In this document: positions 51,260 to 63,829 of the stretch, piece after piece
Position numbering within the stretch: the first letter of the stretch is position 1
How the letters are laid out: every line of letters begins with the position of its first letter
Assembly (NCBI GenBank): GCA_002269645.1
Contig: NIVC01000024.1
Location: forward strand, 620,001 to 684,000
Direction of reading: 5' to 3'
Source of the DNA: Macrostomum lignano
Lineage: Eukaryota
DNA length: 64,000 nucleotides
The notes under the pieces: generated by a model
Seen by the model: the letters and a program-made list of their open reading frames with translations, nothing else
Database searches by the model: none
Told to the model about the DNA's origin: nothing
Position numbers and translations under genes: made by a program

Positions 51260-52330
51260 GCCCGAGCACATCTTAAGGCTACGAGCTCTGCTGAAGCGAC
51301 TGACGGCCAACAAGGACAAATGACAGCTGGGTATCTTCGGCTTCGTCTTTTCGGCTGACGGCATGCAACCATCCGAGACCCAGACTGAGGCTTTCAGCGA
51401 GCTAACGGCGAACAAGAAGGAGCTGAAGGCCTTACTGGGATTGGACAACTACCTGACGCGGTTCGTTCCCAACTTTGTTGCCTCTTAGGCCTCTGCTCAA
51501 GAGCGACGCCAGGTTCGAGTGGACAGCTGAATGCGAGCGAGCGTTTCAGTTTCAGGTTTTGAATGCGGAAATCTGCAATCCGCCATTATTGGCGCACTTC
51601 GACTCGAGCGCGGACACAATCGTCACCAGATACGCCAGCGCCAAGTCCCTCGGTGTACAGCTTACTCAGATCCAAGACGGCGTTGAACGGCCGATGAATA
51701 GCAGGCGGTAGCGATCGACGTGCTGATGCTACTGCCACCAGACCGAGGAAACAGCTACCTGTTCGTGATGCAGAACCAGTAATCCAAGTTCCTGACCATC
51801 ATATCAATCTCAGAACAGACCGTCAAGACCGGAGCTTTGTTGGTCATTCACTTGAATCAGGGCGCGAACTTTGAGAGCGAGCTGTTCCAGGAGACGCTGA
51901 TCGAACGCTAAACATCAGAAAGACTCGCACCACACTCTACCATCCACAAGGAAACGGCCTGGTGGAGTGCGGCAACAAGTCGCAGCTGCAGCTGCTGAGG
52001 CTGTTCACTGAGACCGAGTCCAGCTGGGAAGAGCAGCTGCCGCTGGAGCAGCAGCTGGCCCTGAGTTCGTCGTAGAAAAAACATGGTGTCCACTGGGCAG
52101 CAACAGAGGGCGGCGCATGACAAGAAAGCGTCGGACGTACCGCAGTTTCCGCCGGGTTCCGAGGTGCTGCTCAGCATTGAGATGCGACGCTCGAAGCTGG
52201 CGCCCTATAGGGAGCCGTGGGTCGGACAGTGCTCGAGCAGCGAGGCCACTCGGTGCGCATCCACTACAGCTTCAGCAGAAGACTCGCTCGTATCAAATGT
52301 TGCTAAAGCATCGAGTCGCGTTTAATGTAT
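51260..52330 (+). mobile_element. Collapsed Ty3/Gypsy pol remnant (RT end, RNase H linker, integrase)
   Basis: EHILRLRALLKRL; ELKALLGLDNYLTRFVPN; FEWTAECERAF…PPLLAHFD…ASAKSLGVQLTQ.QDGVERP; DQGANFESELFQE; tctaccatccacaaggaaacggcctggtggag (YHPQGNGLVE). Many frameshifts and deletions. Confidence 0.85.
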
Positions 52331-52405
52331 GACTGTACATCTCGCTCTCTATGTAAATTGACGGCAAAAAATATATAGATCACTGCTCCGAGAGGCCTTC
52401 GCGTT

Positions 52406-52780
52406 TTGATCTGTTTTTATCACCCAAGCACTTCGAGTTGCACATCACCATCACAGCTTCTAAAGCACGTGGTACGGGTGCGAAGGATGATCTGGATGAC
52501 TCGCTTGGAAACCGAATCGAAAGCCTTCGGGAAGTCTATGAAGAAGCAGATGACAGACGACAGACGCAGAGGCGGTCCTCTTCTAAGATGCTGTGTGCAG
52601 TGCGCAGGTGCAGGATCTGGGTCACTGTGCCTCTGCCCGGCAGAAAGCCGGGCTGCTCGCGACGAAGAAACAAATCCAGCACGGTCTGCAGCAGCGTCAG
52701 CAGTATACAGATCAGCAGCGTAGGACATCAGTACAATCCTGCGATGCTCCTCGATCCAAAAATCTTCCAGCCACATTTAC
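52406..52780 (-). mobile_element. Non-LTR retrotransposon RT fragment (RTE/CR1-like)
   Basis: FFIDFPKAFDSVS RT motif in a short broken frame. Confidence 0.65.
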
Positions 52781-53243
52781 GCTCGTAGCTCGTAGCAGAT
52801 AGACATCACAAGAGGCTAGAGGCGCAATATTTTTAATGCCAATTTTTTTAATTTGATTGAATGGAACAGCCGAGTAAACTGTCATTTTGCTAGCTTTCAA
52901 GCAATCTGAGACGAGATGGCTATATGTACATGTTTGTGGTCAAAACCATATTGTCTATGGCAGAGTGAGACTCTTTTCATTCAAAGACAGAGAGCTCCCT
53001 GTATGGTTCAAACAGTGGATGAAGGCAACGCAATATCCATGGCTTCTAGAATCTTAAGAATGAATAAAAAGACAGGTTATACTCGTAGAACAAGTATAGT
53101 GAGACTGGCCACATGCATACACTGCCTCAGGCTGGCTCAGGCAAGGTGGACGCTGAGACGCAACAGCCAATCGGCCATATTGTGGAGTAAAATCAGTACG
53201 TCATTCTCAAGGATGTGCAAGGAAGCCTGACAGAGCTGCATCA

Positions 53244-53557
53244 TAATTATTAAATAATAAAAATTGATTATACCTGCTCCAATGGGCAGATGTGCAACCG
53301 ACAGCTCAGCCGCAGCTATTGTGCGGCGCATCTGAAGGCTGCGTACGGCACGGCTGTTCAGTCCAAGGACTGGGGGTCGCGGTCGCCACACACACCCTCA
53401 CCTCAGCTAATGTTGGCACCCATTTTACAGCTGGGTCAACTGAACCAATACAAAGTTAAGTGTCTTGCTTAAGGACACAAGTTGTTCCAAGTTGGTCGAG
53501 AATCGAACCCCCGACCTTTCAGTCGCGAGTCCGACGCTCTAACCACTAGGCTACAAC
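53244..53557 (-). mobile_element. tRNA-derived SINE family A, second copy
   Basis: The reverse complement is colinear with 10875-11190 (tRNA head, cccagctgtaaaatggg core, gtccttggactgaacagccgt…gcagccttcagatgcgccgc tail region). Confidence 0.85.
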
Positions 53558-53799
53558 TCCCCCCCCTCAAAGCCGGTCATCTCTGAGCACAGACGTTGAG
53601 CTCCATGCGAATTACGCTTCGAACTACGAGCTATAATTACATTTTGGATCAGGCTGCTAAACCCTACAGAGTTTTGCATGTGACACTTTGCTTGCTTATG
53701 TCTAGGGTGAAAATTTAAGTTGGATTCTTCTCAATCGACCTCGTGACCAAAGAAGTGGTATTACATGTACATGTAGCATACATCTTGGTTGAGTGTTTA

Positions 53800-56700
53800 T
53801 AGAACTCACACACGTCTTTTGGCAGTTTGGCTAAATCTCTGTTTATCTGTGTGCTTTATAAAAATGGCGGTCCCAGGTGCAATTCTGCAACTGCTATTGG
53901 AGACACGATGTCAGTTAATTTTCCATTTTGCAAGCTTTTGTACTCAACAGCACCTGCCTATCTTCTGGCTTTGTTTGAAAGCAAACACTCGCAGGCACTG
54001 GTGCAGGGGCGCAACCAGGTGCGAGGGAAGCAGCTGCATCTGAAAAAATGATAGGGATCAAATCAAGCGCATTTTCGCCAACATACAGGCCGCCGCCTCT
54101 GCCCCTTCCCTTTGCGCTTTAGGCCTTCAACCCCCCTGCAGTAAGAACTTCAAAGACGTCAAAAGTCACGTCGTCACAGTAGAACTACCAATGAGGGGGG
54201 TGGTAATTTCCCCTGACATTTGTTTTGCTGCGCCAAAACGGAGCAACGCAGGCACACGAAATTCGAGAACTCGGGCAGATTTTTTGTTGAGCACCTTCTC
54301 AAACAAGAATCAAGTCGCCAGCCTTCCGGACCATCGAGATGTTCAACGATTCTGCTAGGTCGGATTTTTCCCATTAGCGCCTGGGTATTCAGTACACCCC
54401 TGTGCGCCAATCAGCACTGCGCCTCAGCACTGCCTTGCCAAGCCTCCAAATTTCGTCAGCACGTCGACCACATGTGTCTGCATCAGCTCTGACTTTGTTG
54501 GTCACTAGCCTTCACCCAGGTGGAGCTTCTGGACCCTCAACAGGTGGCAGCAGGTGACTATGGACGGGCAGAAGAATGGCTTAGTATTGTTACTGTTATT
54601 TTTAAACTTCACGAGCGCCTGATTAAATATGCTTTTTTCTCTAGCATGTCTGTTTTTTTCTGGGAAACTCGAAGTTTCGAATTTTAGATACTGAGAAGGC
54701 TAATGAACTTAAAGTAGTGCTATAGTGGCTTTTAGCATAGTGGATTTCTGCATGTTTGCGTTTATCATGTGTGATTTTTTAAACTTATTTCCCCATAAGG
54801 ATCTGATTCCGAATGGGTCACCGTACTGTGAGAGCTACTCGTACATGAAGTCATGGATTTTTAAATCCTAACTGCGTGTAAAATACTGACCTATTTTCTC
54901 ACTCAACATCTCCAAGAAAAATCCCGTAGCATCGCTCGCTTCCAGGAATTCCAAATTCCGAAAGCGCAAGAACAGAGGAGAGCGGAAGCCGCCTCATCTG
55001 CCGCCTCTGAGGACCCGGCATCCGACAAAGAGGCGGACTCCACGCGTCAGCCGGATGCGTCGGTGCCGCAAAAGCTTCTGGCGCGGCTGGCTCTTTCCGC
55101 GGCAAGACCTCTGCTCGTGAGAAAACACGCACGGCTGCGGAGGGATCCAAAGCGGGGGCGCTGGCCAAACACTAAGCCGATGCCTGAAGACGAGCGTCGA
55201 GGACCAGGCCTTCCACATCCAGCCCGACGACACACTGAAACCGTGCATGGATTCCGGTTCGCTGCGGAGACTGGCGGAGACGGTTTCACGGCTATCCTCG
55301 GTCTGTTGGATAGATGGATGCTCCGCTTTCCGGACATGTCCCTTATCTTCGAATCTTCATTTTCGAATTCGACATCACCTGTCCACCGCCCCGGAGAATT
55401 TTAAGCACAAACAGGAAAAAGAGGCTCTTTTGCGTCACGACCCCGGACCCCGTCTGGGGGAAAGCCGCGAAAGCTGCAGCAACAGGTGGACGTAGGAAGG
55501 GCCCCAAAACACTACCCGATACTGGCCGGCTCGCTGAGAACCCCAGGTAATCGCTGGACATCATGCTCACCAGCTCTTTCCCACGTGCAGCACCGCAGCT
55601 AGGCCCACCGGATCATTCTCCGGGCGGACAGATCCTGGCTTTGACCAACATACCTAGAGAGAAGACGGCTCGCGCCGCGAGATCCTTCTCTCCTTTCAAG
55701 CCTAATCCTAACCCGAGCCTAACAGCGACAGCCAGATGTACCTAATTGTTTGTTAGAGAAAATAGGTCAATTAACGTGCTAGTCTTTACTAGAATAACAC
55801 GACTTCTTGTACCCTTTTTCGTATGACATCGGACCATGCTCAACAGGAAGAGCCATGCCAGGGAAGCCTCTATGGTCGCTACCTATGGGGCTTCCCTGGC
55901 CATGCTTCACTGCTAGGGCTGTTTGTTGGCAGCTAAGGCTGTTAGTCTATGGTCTATGGTTAATCTGGCTGAAAATCCTCACGGCCGTGGACAACTTTTC
56001 GGAGGGTTTCCGGCTGTGCCATACCTAAGATTATGTGTAAGATATGCTATAGTTTTGAGGTCAGTATGAGTTTAAATCTGGAGAGCCAAGGGACTAAGTG
56101 GAATGCCGACCCGACTCAACACTGGCATACCTATTTTAAACCACTTTCATTTTCCGGAAGCTATCTGAAATTGAAGTTGCAGTGGAACTCTCGGAATCCA
56201 TTTCAACTTCATTTTACTGGACGCAAAAAGCCGGGGGGTGTGGGCAGGAGCCTCACATTTATCCAGAGACAATTAAGTATTTAATTGACAAGATGGAAAA
56301 GACAAGAGACCACAGACATAAAAGAGATTCATTTTGTTCAGTCTCTGTCTCCCTCTTCTTCAATTCAACTCGGCTTTAACCCGTGACTGATCTTCAAGCA
56401 AAGTCTAAGCAATTGACAAAGAAAAATGGAAGAAATTCGCATTTTAAAAACCCACTAGTTGACTTCATTGGGGACTTTGCTGGAGACTTATGATCCTAAT
56501 TGACGTTCGGCAGAAGATGTGGAAGACATTTTTTTAGAAGGACTAGATCAGCGTGACCCGAATGTTGAGCAAAAACTTTGAGAAATCTGCTGCAACTTCA
56601 ATTTTAAAGACTGCAATCTAACCATCAATAACTAACAATATCGACAACAAGCTAAGGAGTACACATGCTGACTATATTCTCCCGTGAATGTTTTCAATTT

Positions 56701-57230
56701 CTGTTTGGTTGTACTACTGTTGTTGTCGATAGTCGGTTCTGTTCTGCTTTATACGTATGTATACGTCTTAGTTAACTTGGCTATAGCTGAGCTTTTTTAA
56801 ACGCCTACACGTCTTTTGATAGTTAGCCGTGGTTAAATCTGTGTGCTGTATAAAATTGCCGGTCCCATGTGCGCCTCTGCAGCTGCTAATTTTCATTTTT
56901 CATGATTTATACGCAACGGCAGCTAGATCTATCTATCTTACAATGGCAGGCACCAGGGGCTTCAAAGACATCAAGTCCCTTGCTAGAACCAGGCCTACAT
57001 GTAGATGTGGTTAACCATTTGAAATCTTTTTGCGCACCTGATTCAGGACAATTTTCTCTGGCAAAATTACAACGAATTTTAGATGCAAGAAAAAGGAATA
57101 GATTAAAAAAATCTACATGCATGTGTTTATCATGTGTGGTTTTTTAGAACTTTTCAACTGCCAGGATTCCGGACGGGTCACGGTACTGTGAGAGCTTGCA
57201 TTGAGTCGACCACAGGGATTTGTACATCCC
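53800..57230. repeat. Diverged ~3-kb-period duplication (blocks 53800-53900/54745-54880 vs 56800-56890/57115-57230)
   Basis: Shared blocks in the same order and orientation: cacgtcttttg…tctgtgtgct.tataaaa.tg.cggtccca.gtgc…ctgca.ctgcta and gtttatcatgtgtg.tttttt…gattccg.a.gggtcac.gtactgtgagagct. Confidence 0.6.
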
Positions 57231-57769
57231 CGACCACCATGGCTAACAGCTCAATGCGTCAGTGTCGATAAACTTTTGTAGCTTTGCACTCCTTACACAC
57301 AGTTTGGTGAAACGACAATTTATATGGGTTTTTCCCATATTAATCGTTTCCTTCTGCCAACAGTTCAGGAAGACAACGAACAATGGACCTCGATGGTAAC
57401 TTTCTCTGTGTGATCTCTAGAGTCACATTCTCAAACTTCAGGCGAGGATCTTTCCTCTTCAATCAGTATATTTTATAAGCTAGCACACTGTATGCGAGCA
57501 ACGAGGAATAGGAGCAGTAGGGAGAGAGAGTGGGATTTCGAGGCCCAATAGGCAGTGTCGGTCAGAGGTTGTGCATGCATCACGCGAGGGTCGCATGGCT
57601 GGGCTTCTTGCTCGCCGATCATCAGGACTATTTTTAGGCATGCAGATCTTGTGCATCTGGGGAGTTGCTGCCAAGGCTGGATGCTTGTTCACGCATCACG
57701 CGCGTGTCGGCTGATTTCTCACATCCTCTTGCTAACGGTGCCTTCGTTTCACTTCATTGGCCCTCCTGA

Positions 57770-57922
57770 CACACAGTTTGGCCCTCCTGACACACAGTTT
57801 GGCCCTCCTGACACACAGTTTGGCCCTCCTGACACACAGTTTGGCCCTCCTGACACACAGTTTGGCCCTCCTGACACACAGTTTGGCCCTCCTGACACAC
57901 AGTTTGGCCCTCCTGACACACA
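57770..57922. repeat. 21-bp perfect minisatellite (ggccctcctgacacacagttt)
   Basis: About 7 units. Confidence 0.97.
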
Positions 57923-58823
57923 TTTTGGCTTTGACTTTGATACCACTGACGCACACGTTCAATCTGACTACCTCTCAGGTTTCTAATTTCTGTATTTCTG
58001 CATTGAGCCCCAGCTTTACCCCCAGAGCACGCTTTTGGTCGGAACAGTGAACAGCCGCAATCTCAAGTAAAGGGGGAGCTGCGAAGCTGGACCTCGACCT
58101 AAGCTGTAAAATCACCCTACTGCAGAAAGTGTGCACAGTCAGCGTGTATCAAGGCTTGAACCTTCCCGTGAGGACCTGGGCGCCCTCTCTAAGGCACATC
58201 ATCGGACCAACGAGGCCGTGGGGGGGAGTTGGAGCGCTGTTTGGACCGAGGCTGCAGCAGAGCTGTCCCTGCATCTCTCTGTCCCCCCTGCATAATTCGA
58301 GTCGATGTCCCGCTTCGCTAAAGTGTCTTCTGTCACCTGCACTGTTGAGGCTCAAGTTTTCTTCGAGCAGCTCTCGGTTCAGGTGGAGGCACCAGTGCAG
58401 CGTGGTACTGTGGTTGGCCTCGGAGACCGACCACAGTGCCACGCTGCTCGACCTTAACGAGCTTCTGCGGATGGGCATATTAGGCCATAAGATCATAATC
58501 AGAATCATAAAAGGCATCATCAAAGAATCAGCAAAGAATCATCATCCATGGATTTTTTCAGTCACTCAAATCTGGTCCAGCCCTTCAGTCTGGCTCCGGG
58601 CAGGGCGCCGCCGTCTCCTACGTTCCATCTGATGCAGCTGCTTCAGCTCCTACAGACGTGCAACCAGTCATCCAAGCAAGCAGCAGCTCAGTCAGTGTTC
58701 GGAGACTCTAATGCGCCGACTCCGGCTACTGCCGACAAGGGAGTGCAGACTGGCTGAGCTGTGCTTGTACTTCGCTTCTTTTGATAACTACGAGCGTAGA
58801 AGCTTCTATCACGTACGAGGGTA

Positions 58824-59188
58824 GCATCGCTACCTCCAGGGAAAAATCCGAAGCGAGGAATGCCCATTCGGCCTCTCCGTTGTTCAGAATGCGGAGCACT
58901 TCAGCTGTGATTGCCCCGCTTTTACTCGGGTCAGGCTCGCCTACTTCGACCCAAACCCGGACCTTACCGACGTTTTCAAGCCCGAGAATTTCTGCCAGCT
59001 CCTCCGCTACCTAAGGGCTATCGGGTAAGCGACCATCCACATCCTGGACTCTCTGGCTGCCGACACCGGCACCACCGCGCGAGCTCCCTGCGCGAAACAG
59101 CAGCACTGGCTGTCCGTGGTCGCCAGGGGTTAGCGGAATGAGCGTCGACGCCTCCCGGCAGTTATCCGGATGCCCGGAACCCCCTGCA
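58824..59188 (+). mobile_element. 5'-truncated 3' end of the same LOA/R1-like LINE family as 40-1960
   Basis: Colinear with the reverse complement of ~53-388 (NAEHFSCDCPAFTRVRLAYF..NPDLTDVFKPENFCQLLRYLRAIG*, plus 3' UTR). Candidate TSD acgtacgag at 58811-58819 and 59200-59208. Confidence 0.85.
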
Positions 59189-59799
59189 TCTGAGACAAGA
59201 CGTACGAGCTACATTTTTTAATTAAAGTTTTAAGCACTTTTGAAATATTGTGGCGCCGCTGGTTGCGTTAGTTTTTGATGAGCTGAGCTCAATGGGGTCA
59301 TACTATAAAGCTGTCGTAGCGTAAGTTCGATCGTACGTCGGAACTTTTACACTGCGGAGATAGGAGCTAAGATCGATCTTATCTTACGATGGCTTTATAG
59401 AACGGGCCCTATAAGTGTAATGTACAAGTACTGTACTCATAGTGAGAGGGCCTGCTTGTCGTGCCCGCGTGAGCTCATGTGTACGAGTGTACAGCTTCTT
59501 GTATCTGAACGAGATCTCGTTTTGGCACGGCACCTTTTCTCTCGCTTACGAGTTACAATACAGCTTGTAAATTTATACAATGCTCGACTGAATAACAAGT
59601 CGTGAATCGCAGCGTAACCAAATTGTCTCTGATTTCTCACGACACGACAAACATGTTTCAAACATTTGACAACAGAAAATAACAATGACTGTAATAAATA
59701 CATGCATGCGAGCTTGTATTTGCTGTGGCACTTATGTCTACATGTAGAGAATATGGCTATTCGTAAGATTGGCAACACTGAAACGCTGGATTACTTTCC

Positions 59800-60290
59800 T
59801 GAGAAGGCAAGACATGGCGTCGGCTCGCAACCTGTGAGGACTGCAAGCGGAGGCGGCAAAACGCGCGCGGCCAGAATGAAACGCTGAATCAGACAGCTCG
59901 ATCAGTTAGTTTTCGTCAACTACCACACCATCACCAGTATCGCACCAACACAAGAAAGCTTTGGTGGCTGTCTGTCTGCAGCGCCAGAAGGCTGCTGTTG
60001 ACGACGCCATTCAAGCCTATCTGCCGATGGGCCTCGTGCTAGAAGGCGCAGGTCCTGGTCTGCCATCAATGCTTTGACGGGGCAGAAGCCGCGCATCCCG
60101 TTGAACTTGGCAGACGATTCTGCGGACGAGCGCAGGAATGAGCTGTGTGAGTTTTTTTCGCCATCGTGAACTCGCCGCCACTCTTAACGCTGCAGACGGA
60201 GACGCCGTTTCCGGAGGAGGAGAGTCTCGCCTAACAGTCGTCGTGGACGAGGTGTCCATTGTAAAATTCGTATCCACTGTGTGGCCAGTG
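59800..60290 (+). mobile_element. Possible RTE/CR1-like non-LTR remnant (endonuclease start and pre-RT linker)
   Basis: Broken frames GSQPVRTASGGGK…MKR and RRSWSAINALTGQKP…ADERRNELCEFF…NSPP resemble APE start and linker regions. No catalytic motif is intact. Confidence 0.4.
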
Positions 60291-60778
60291 GGGTCGCCAG
60301 AGTGATGAACGTCGCACCCAACAAATGGACCACGACCCGTATCGTCCCTTTTTTAAGAAGCCGGGCACCACAAGGCTTGAAGTCCTGCGCTAGGAAGTCG
60401 TTCGACTGGATGCTGTAATCGCGGTTGCAGCCCGTGCTGGATTCGAACCAGCGACCTGAGCAGATCGAGTTCCAGTCCCATTGCGGCACACTGGCGCAGA
60501 TCCTGGCGACACGGAAGCTGCTGTGTCAACACTGAGCGGCCAATCCGACTTCTTCAAGACATCCTCAAGCCGTCTCTCCTCATTCGTTCGATGTTTTCGA
60601 TTAGTCTCCCATCGTCCCTCAAGAGACGCCACCCAATTAACGCAGAGCGCCATGTCTATAAATTCGCACCAGATTGAGCAGCAGGATTATTCAGTGATTG
60701 CTTGGCAAAATCGTTGTTACCTTCGGAACCATATCATATTGGCTCAATTTGTGAAAGCAGACCAACTATTGCCCATCT

Positions 60779-61450
60779 ATGTCACCTTTTGTTCTTCTAG
60801 TTCTGCTGCTGCTGCTTCCCTCGATGCTCTGCCTCGGCGTCGAGGACGAGAAGCATCAGGAGCAGCACGGCAGTGAGAATCAGCTCAGAGAGGCGTCAGG
60901 AGGCGACGGGGAGCTGAGCGTCCTGATCAGCTTTAGCGGCAATTCGTTCTTTAACCTGATCAAGACTCTGAGCAGCTACCTGTCTGCGACGTTCAAGGTC
61001 GTCGGCGCCTCCATCTCTATCCGGGTGAGTCACTTCGGCAAGTCGATAGCGACGGCCCCGACCGGCTCCGACAAGACGACGCCCGCACCGAACCCGACTC
61101 CATCGCTTCACCCAACCGAGAAACCCGAAAAGCCGCTAGACAAGATCAAAGCGGAAGACGTGAAGGCAGCCAAAGCCAGGGACGCCGAGTTCAAGAAGAA
61201 GATGGAGCGCTGGATAAATGGCCCGGTGATTTGCAAGCCACCGTGTTTTAACGGCGGCAACTGCACCAGGTTTCTGGTGTCCCGTGAAAATACGTGCAGG
61301 TAGCAAAATTTTCATAGTTTCTTGGATTCTGATTCTGCTGGATGATTTTAAAGCTTAAAAAGTAGTTATTAAACTCTTTGATTTTTCAGATGCCCAAACG
61401 GATACAAGGGCCTGCGATGCGAAGTCCTTGACATTAAGCGACATCCCTGA
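60779..61450 (+). CDS. Secreted protein with a single C-terminal EGF domain, 2 exons
   Basis: Signal peptide MSPFVLLVLLLLLPSMLCLG. Exon 1 is 60779-61299 (ag|gtagca) and exon 2 is 61390-61450 (ttttcag|). Splicing completes CKPPCFNGGNCTRFLVSRENTCRCPNGYKGLRCEV, with six EGF cysteines. Confidence 0.88.
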
Positions 61451-61859
61451 CGTTGAAGTGAAACGACGTCCTTGGCGCTGACGTTAAACGTCGATGCGAA
61501 GTCCTTGGCATCGTATAAACGTTAAACTCAGCTGACCATCAAACTTCAATCAATTCTCAATTTTTTAACAAAAATGTAACTTTTAAAGTAGACGAACGAA
61601 CATCCCTATGAATAAACAGTTTGTTTCTTCCTCTCAAAGTGTTAAACAACATTCAATCTAAGATAAACTAAGAACAAAAATTAACCCAATCTATCAACGC
61701 AGCATTCCAAAAGCATAAATACGTGTTTTTCTACGGTGTTTTTCATTTTTCAAGATAATTTTGACCAGTTGAAAAACTGTGTCCTCAAAGAAACGAAAAG
61801 AAAGGAGCTCTAAGCAGCACATTAAATGTCAACATCTCCGTTTTAGAAAGTCATCTGCA

Positions 61860-63420
61860 TGTACCTACCGACAGATGAGGACAGGAGCGTCCCCCTAGAC
61901 ACCAAATTATTGGCCCCCTAAGGGATTCCTCCTGCAATACAAAATTCTAAGTAAATGTACGCCACTGCGGGTGCTGTACAGGTTCTTGTAGTAAATGTAG
62001 TACATCAAGCCCTCTTTGACTACGCGGTTCAGGCGCCCCACACCAGAGTTGCCTTGAGGGTGGTAGAACGAAGTCTGACGATGATTGATGCCTTGAAAAC
62101 GACAAAACAGCGCCTTGAGGCTCTTGATGATAGTAGCTAACGTCGCTGAAGAGAGACAGATCAGTTCAGGCCACTTTGAATGCAGGTCGTGCACACCGAG
62201 GATGAAGTAGCAGGTAGTTCTGTGGTGCACCCTGGTGCAGCTCTCCAAGCAACTCGATCTGCAACTCTGTCCACGGTTCCTTCGGTCACTTAGTCGGGCT
62301 CAGCACAGTCCAATGTGACTTAAAGCTCTTTGCGCTAATGATGCACGCAGAGCAGCCGCTGACGAACCTCTCGATGTCGCTGTCCATTTTGGACCACCAC
62401 GCTGTGTCTCAGCAGTGGTGCTTGGTCCTGCTAATTCCCTTAATTGTGACCTTGATGCGGTAAGTCGAGCACTCGCTGACGCAGTTCTGGTATGACGGCG
62501 CGAGTTCCGATGGCCAAGCACCTGCCGTTGCTCGAGACAGTCAGATCGTTTCTGACAATCCACTTGGGCATCCGGTGCTCATCGAGTTTTTCTTTGTCCG
62601 GCCAACCGGCAACTTTGAACTCTGTGACTTTTGCCAGGAGCTCGTCCTTTGAGGTTGCCTCAGCCAGTTCGTCCTCGGTAACCACAATGAACGCCTTAAT
62701 CAGTATCACTCTCTGGACTTCCAGATCGTCCATTGTATCGCCTTCCGTGACGATCCGCAGTCCCAGCTGATCCGTGAGGTCACATCCAAGAATTTCAGAT
62801 CCGGTCTTGACCACACTGATGTTAAAGTAAGGCACTACCTTGTCCTTGAGCTGCACTAAGGTCAGGATGTCACCAAGCACGATGATCAGCTTCCGCAACG
62901 ATGTCTGCAGAGTCACGTTGGGCAGAAGTTCGTACGTCTTGGTATGATGGAGACTTGCGAACCGGAGACAACAAGCAGCAGACTTTGCAGTGCTTGATTT
63001 CTGTCGCGGCTGTCAACACAGTGCAGATCGAGCACTCATTCGGAAGCTGTCGTACCCAGTTGTCGCTCCTGCAGACTCTGGCGAAGTGCTCGCGCTTGCC
63101 TCCGCTTTGCTGTTCTTGGCCTTGCTAATCTGCTGGACTCCAAATGAGCTGCTTGGGTCTGCTTGGCCACTCTAGCTCCGACTCTATAAGCAGCCACTCT
63201 CAGATGTGGTTGCTGCAAGAGCACTTTCTCGACAAGCAAAGTCGCGACAAGTCGCTGAGCTCTCTGTCGGAATCTGTGCCTCTCAACTCTTCGTTGATCT
63301 TGGGTCCGAAGTGCGTGTCGAGGAGTTTCAGCGTTTCCTTCCTTCTGATTGCAGCTGGGGAATCGAATGGAACCTTCCATGGGTTTCATTCAATCGGCGG
63401 TGCAACCATCGGCTGGCAGA
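61860..63420 (-). mobile_element. Collapsed Ty3/Gypsy (Mag-like) element: gag, partial pol, integrase
   Basis: gag-like TLKLLDTHFGPKIN and knuckle remnant GKREHFARVCRS. Integrase Zn finger (VLDLPHQGH…GISRTK…WWSKMDSDIERFVSGCSAC) and core (DLHSKWPE…TSFYHPQGNSGVGRLNRVVKEG). The RT core is absent. Confidence 0.85.
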
Positions 63421-63829
63421 AACGATGTTGACACTCATTCTGTTGGCTGCATCTCTGCTTGCCTGTTCAGTCCATGAAAAACAATCCAAACCTCAAATGA
63501 AGTTGGAGTTACTTCTATATTTAATCGTGAACGCATGTACATGTACATATCTAGAATCAGTGAGAGCATGTACATGTAGCATTTCTTTAACCCAATCACT
63601 AACTAGCAGCTAGTGAGTACGCTAATTTTACAACAGTTCTGTCAACATGTTCTGCTTGGTTCTGTTTGGGTGCTGTCAAGTTCCCATTTTTGATGAGGAC
63701 AAACTTTCAGCGCTGGTTTTTAGGTAGAAGTAACTCTTCTTCGAAGTGTGCCATATTTATTACTAAAAGCAGTAGTATACTGTATAGCATCGTATGATAT
63801 TATTTTTGGGAGGCAGAGCAGCGTACCGG

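Noticed and set aside
55695-55725. Telomere-like cctaatcctaacccgagcctaac
   Set aside because: Only 2-3 imperfect units, not an interstitial telomeric array.
54890-55750. GC-rich block with several ORFs, perhaps the 5' end of an RTE-like element
   Set aside because: Only a faint APE-like resemblance (RFGSLRSR) and no diagnostic motif, so it cannot be assigned.
58080-58760. 167-aa and 124-aa ORFs upstream of the LINE 3' fragment
   Set aside because: No recognisable domain, and homology to the LINE starts only at ~58824.
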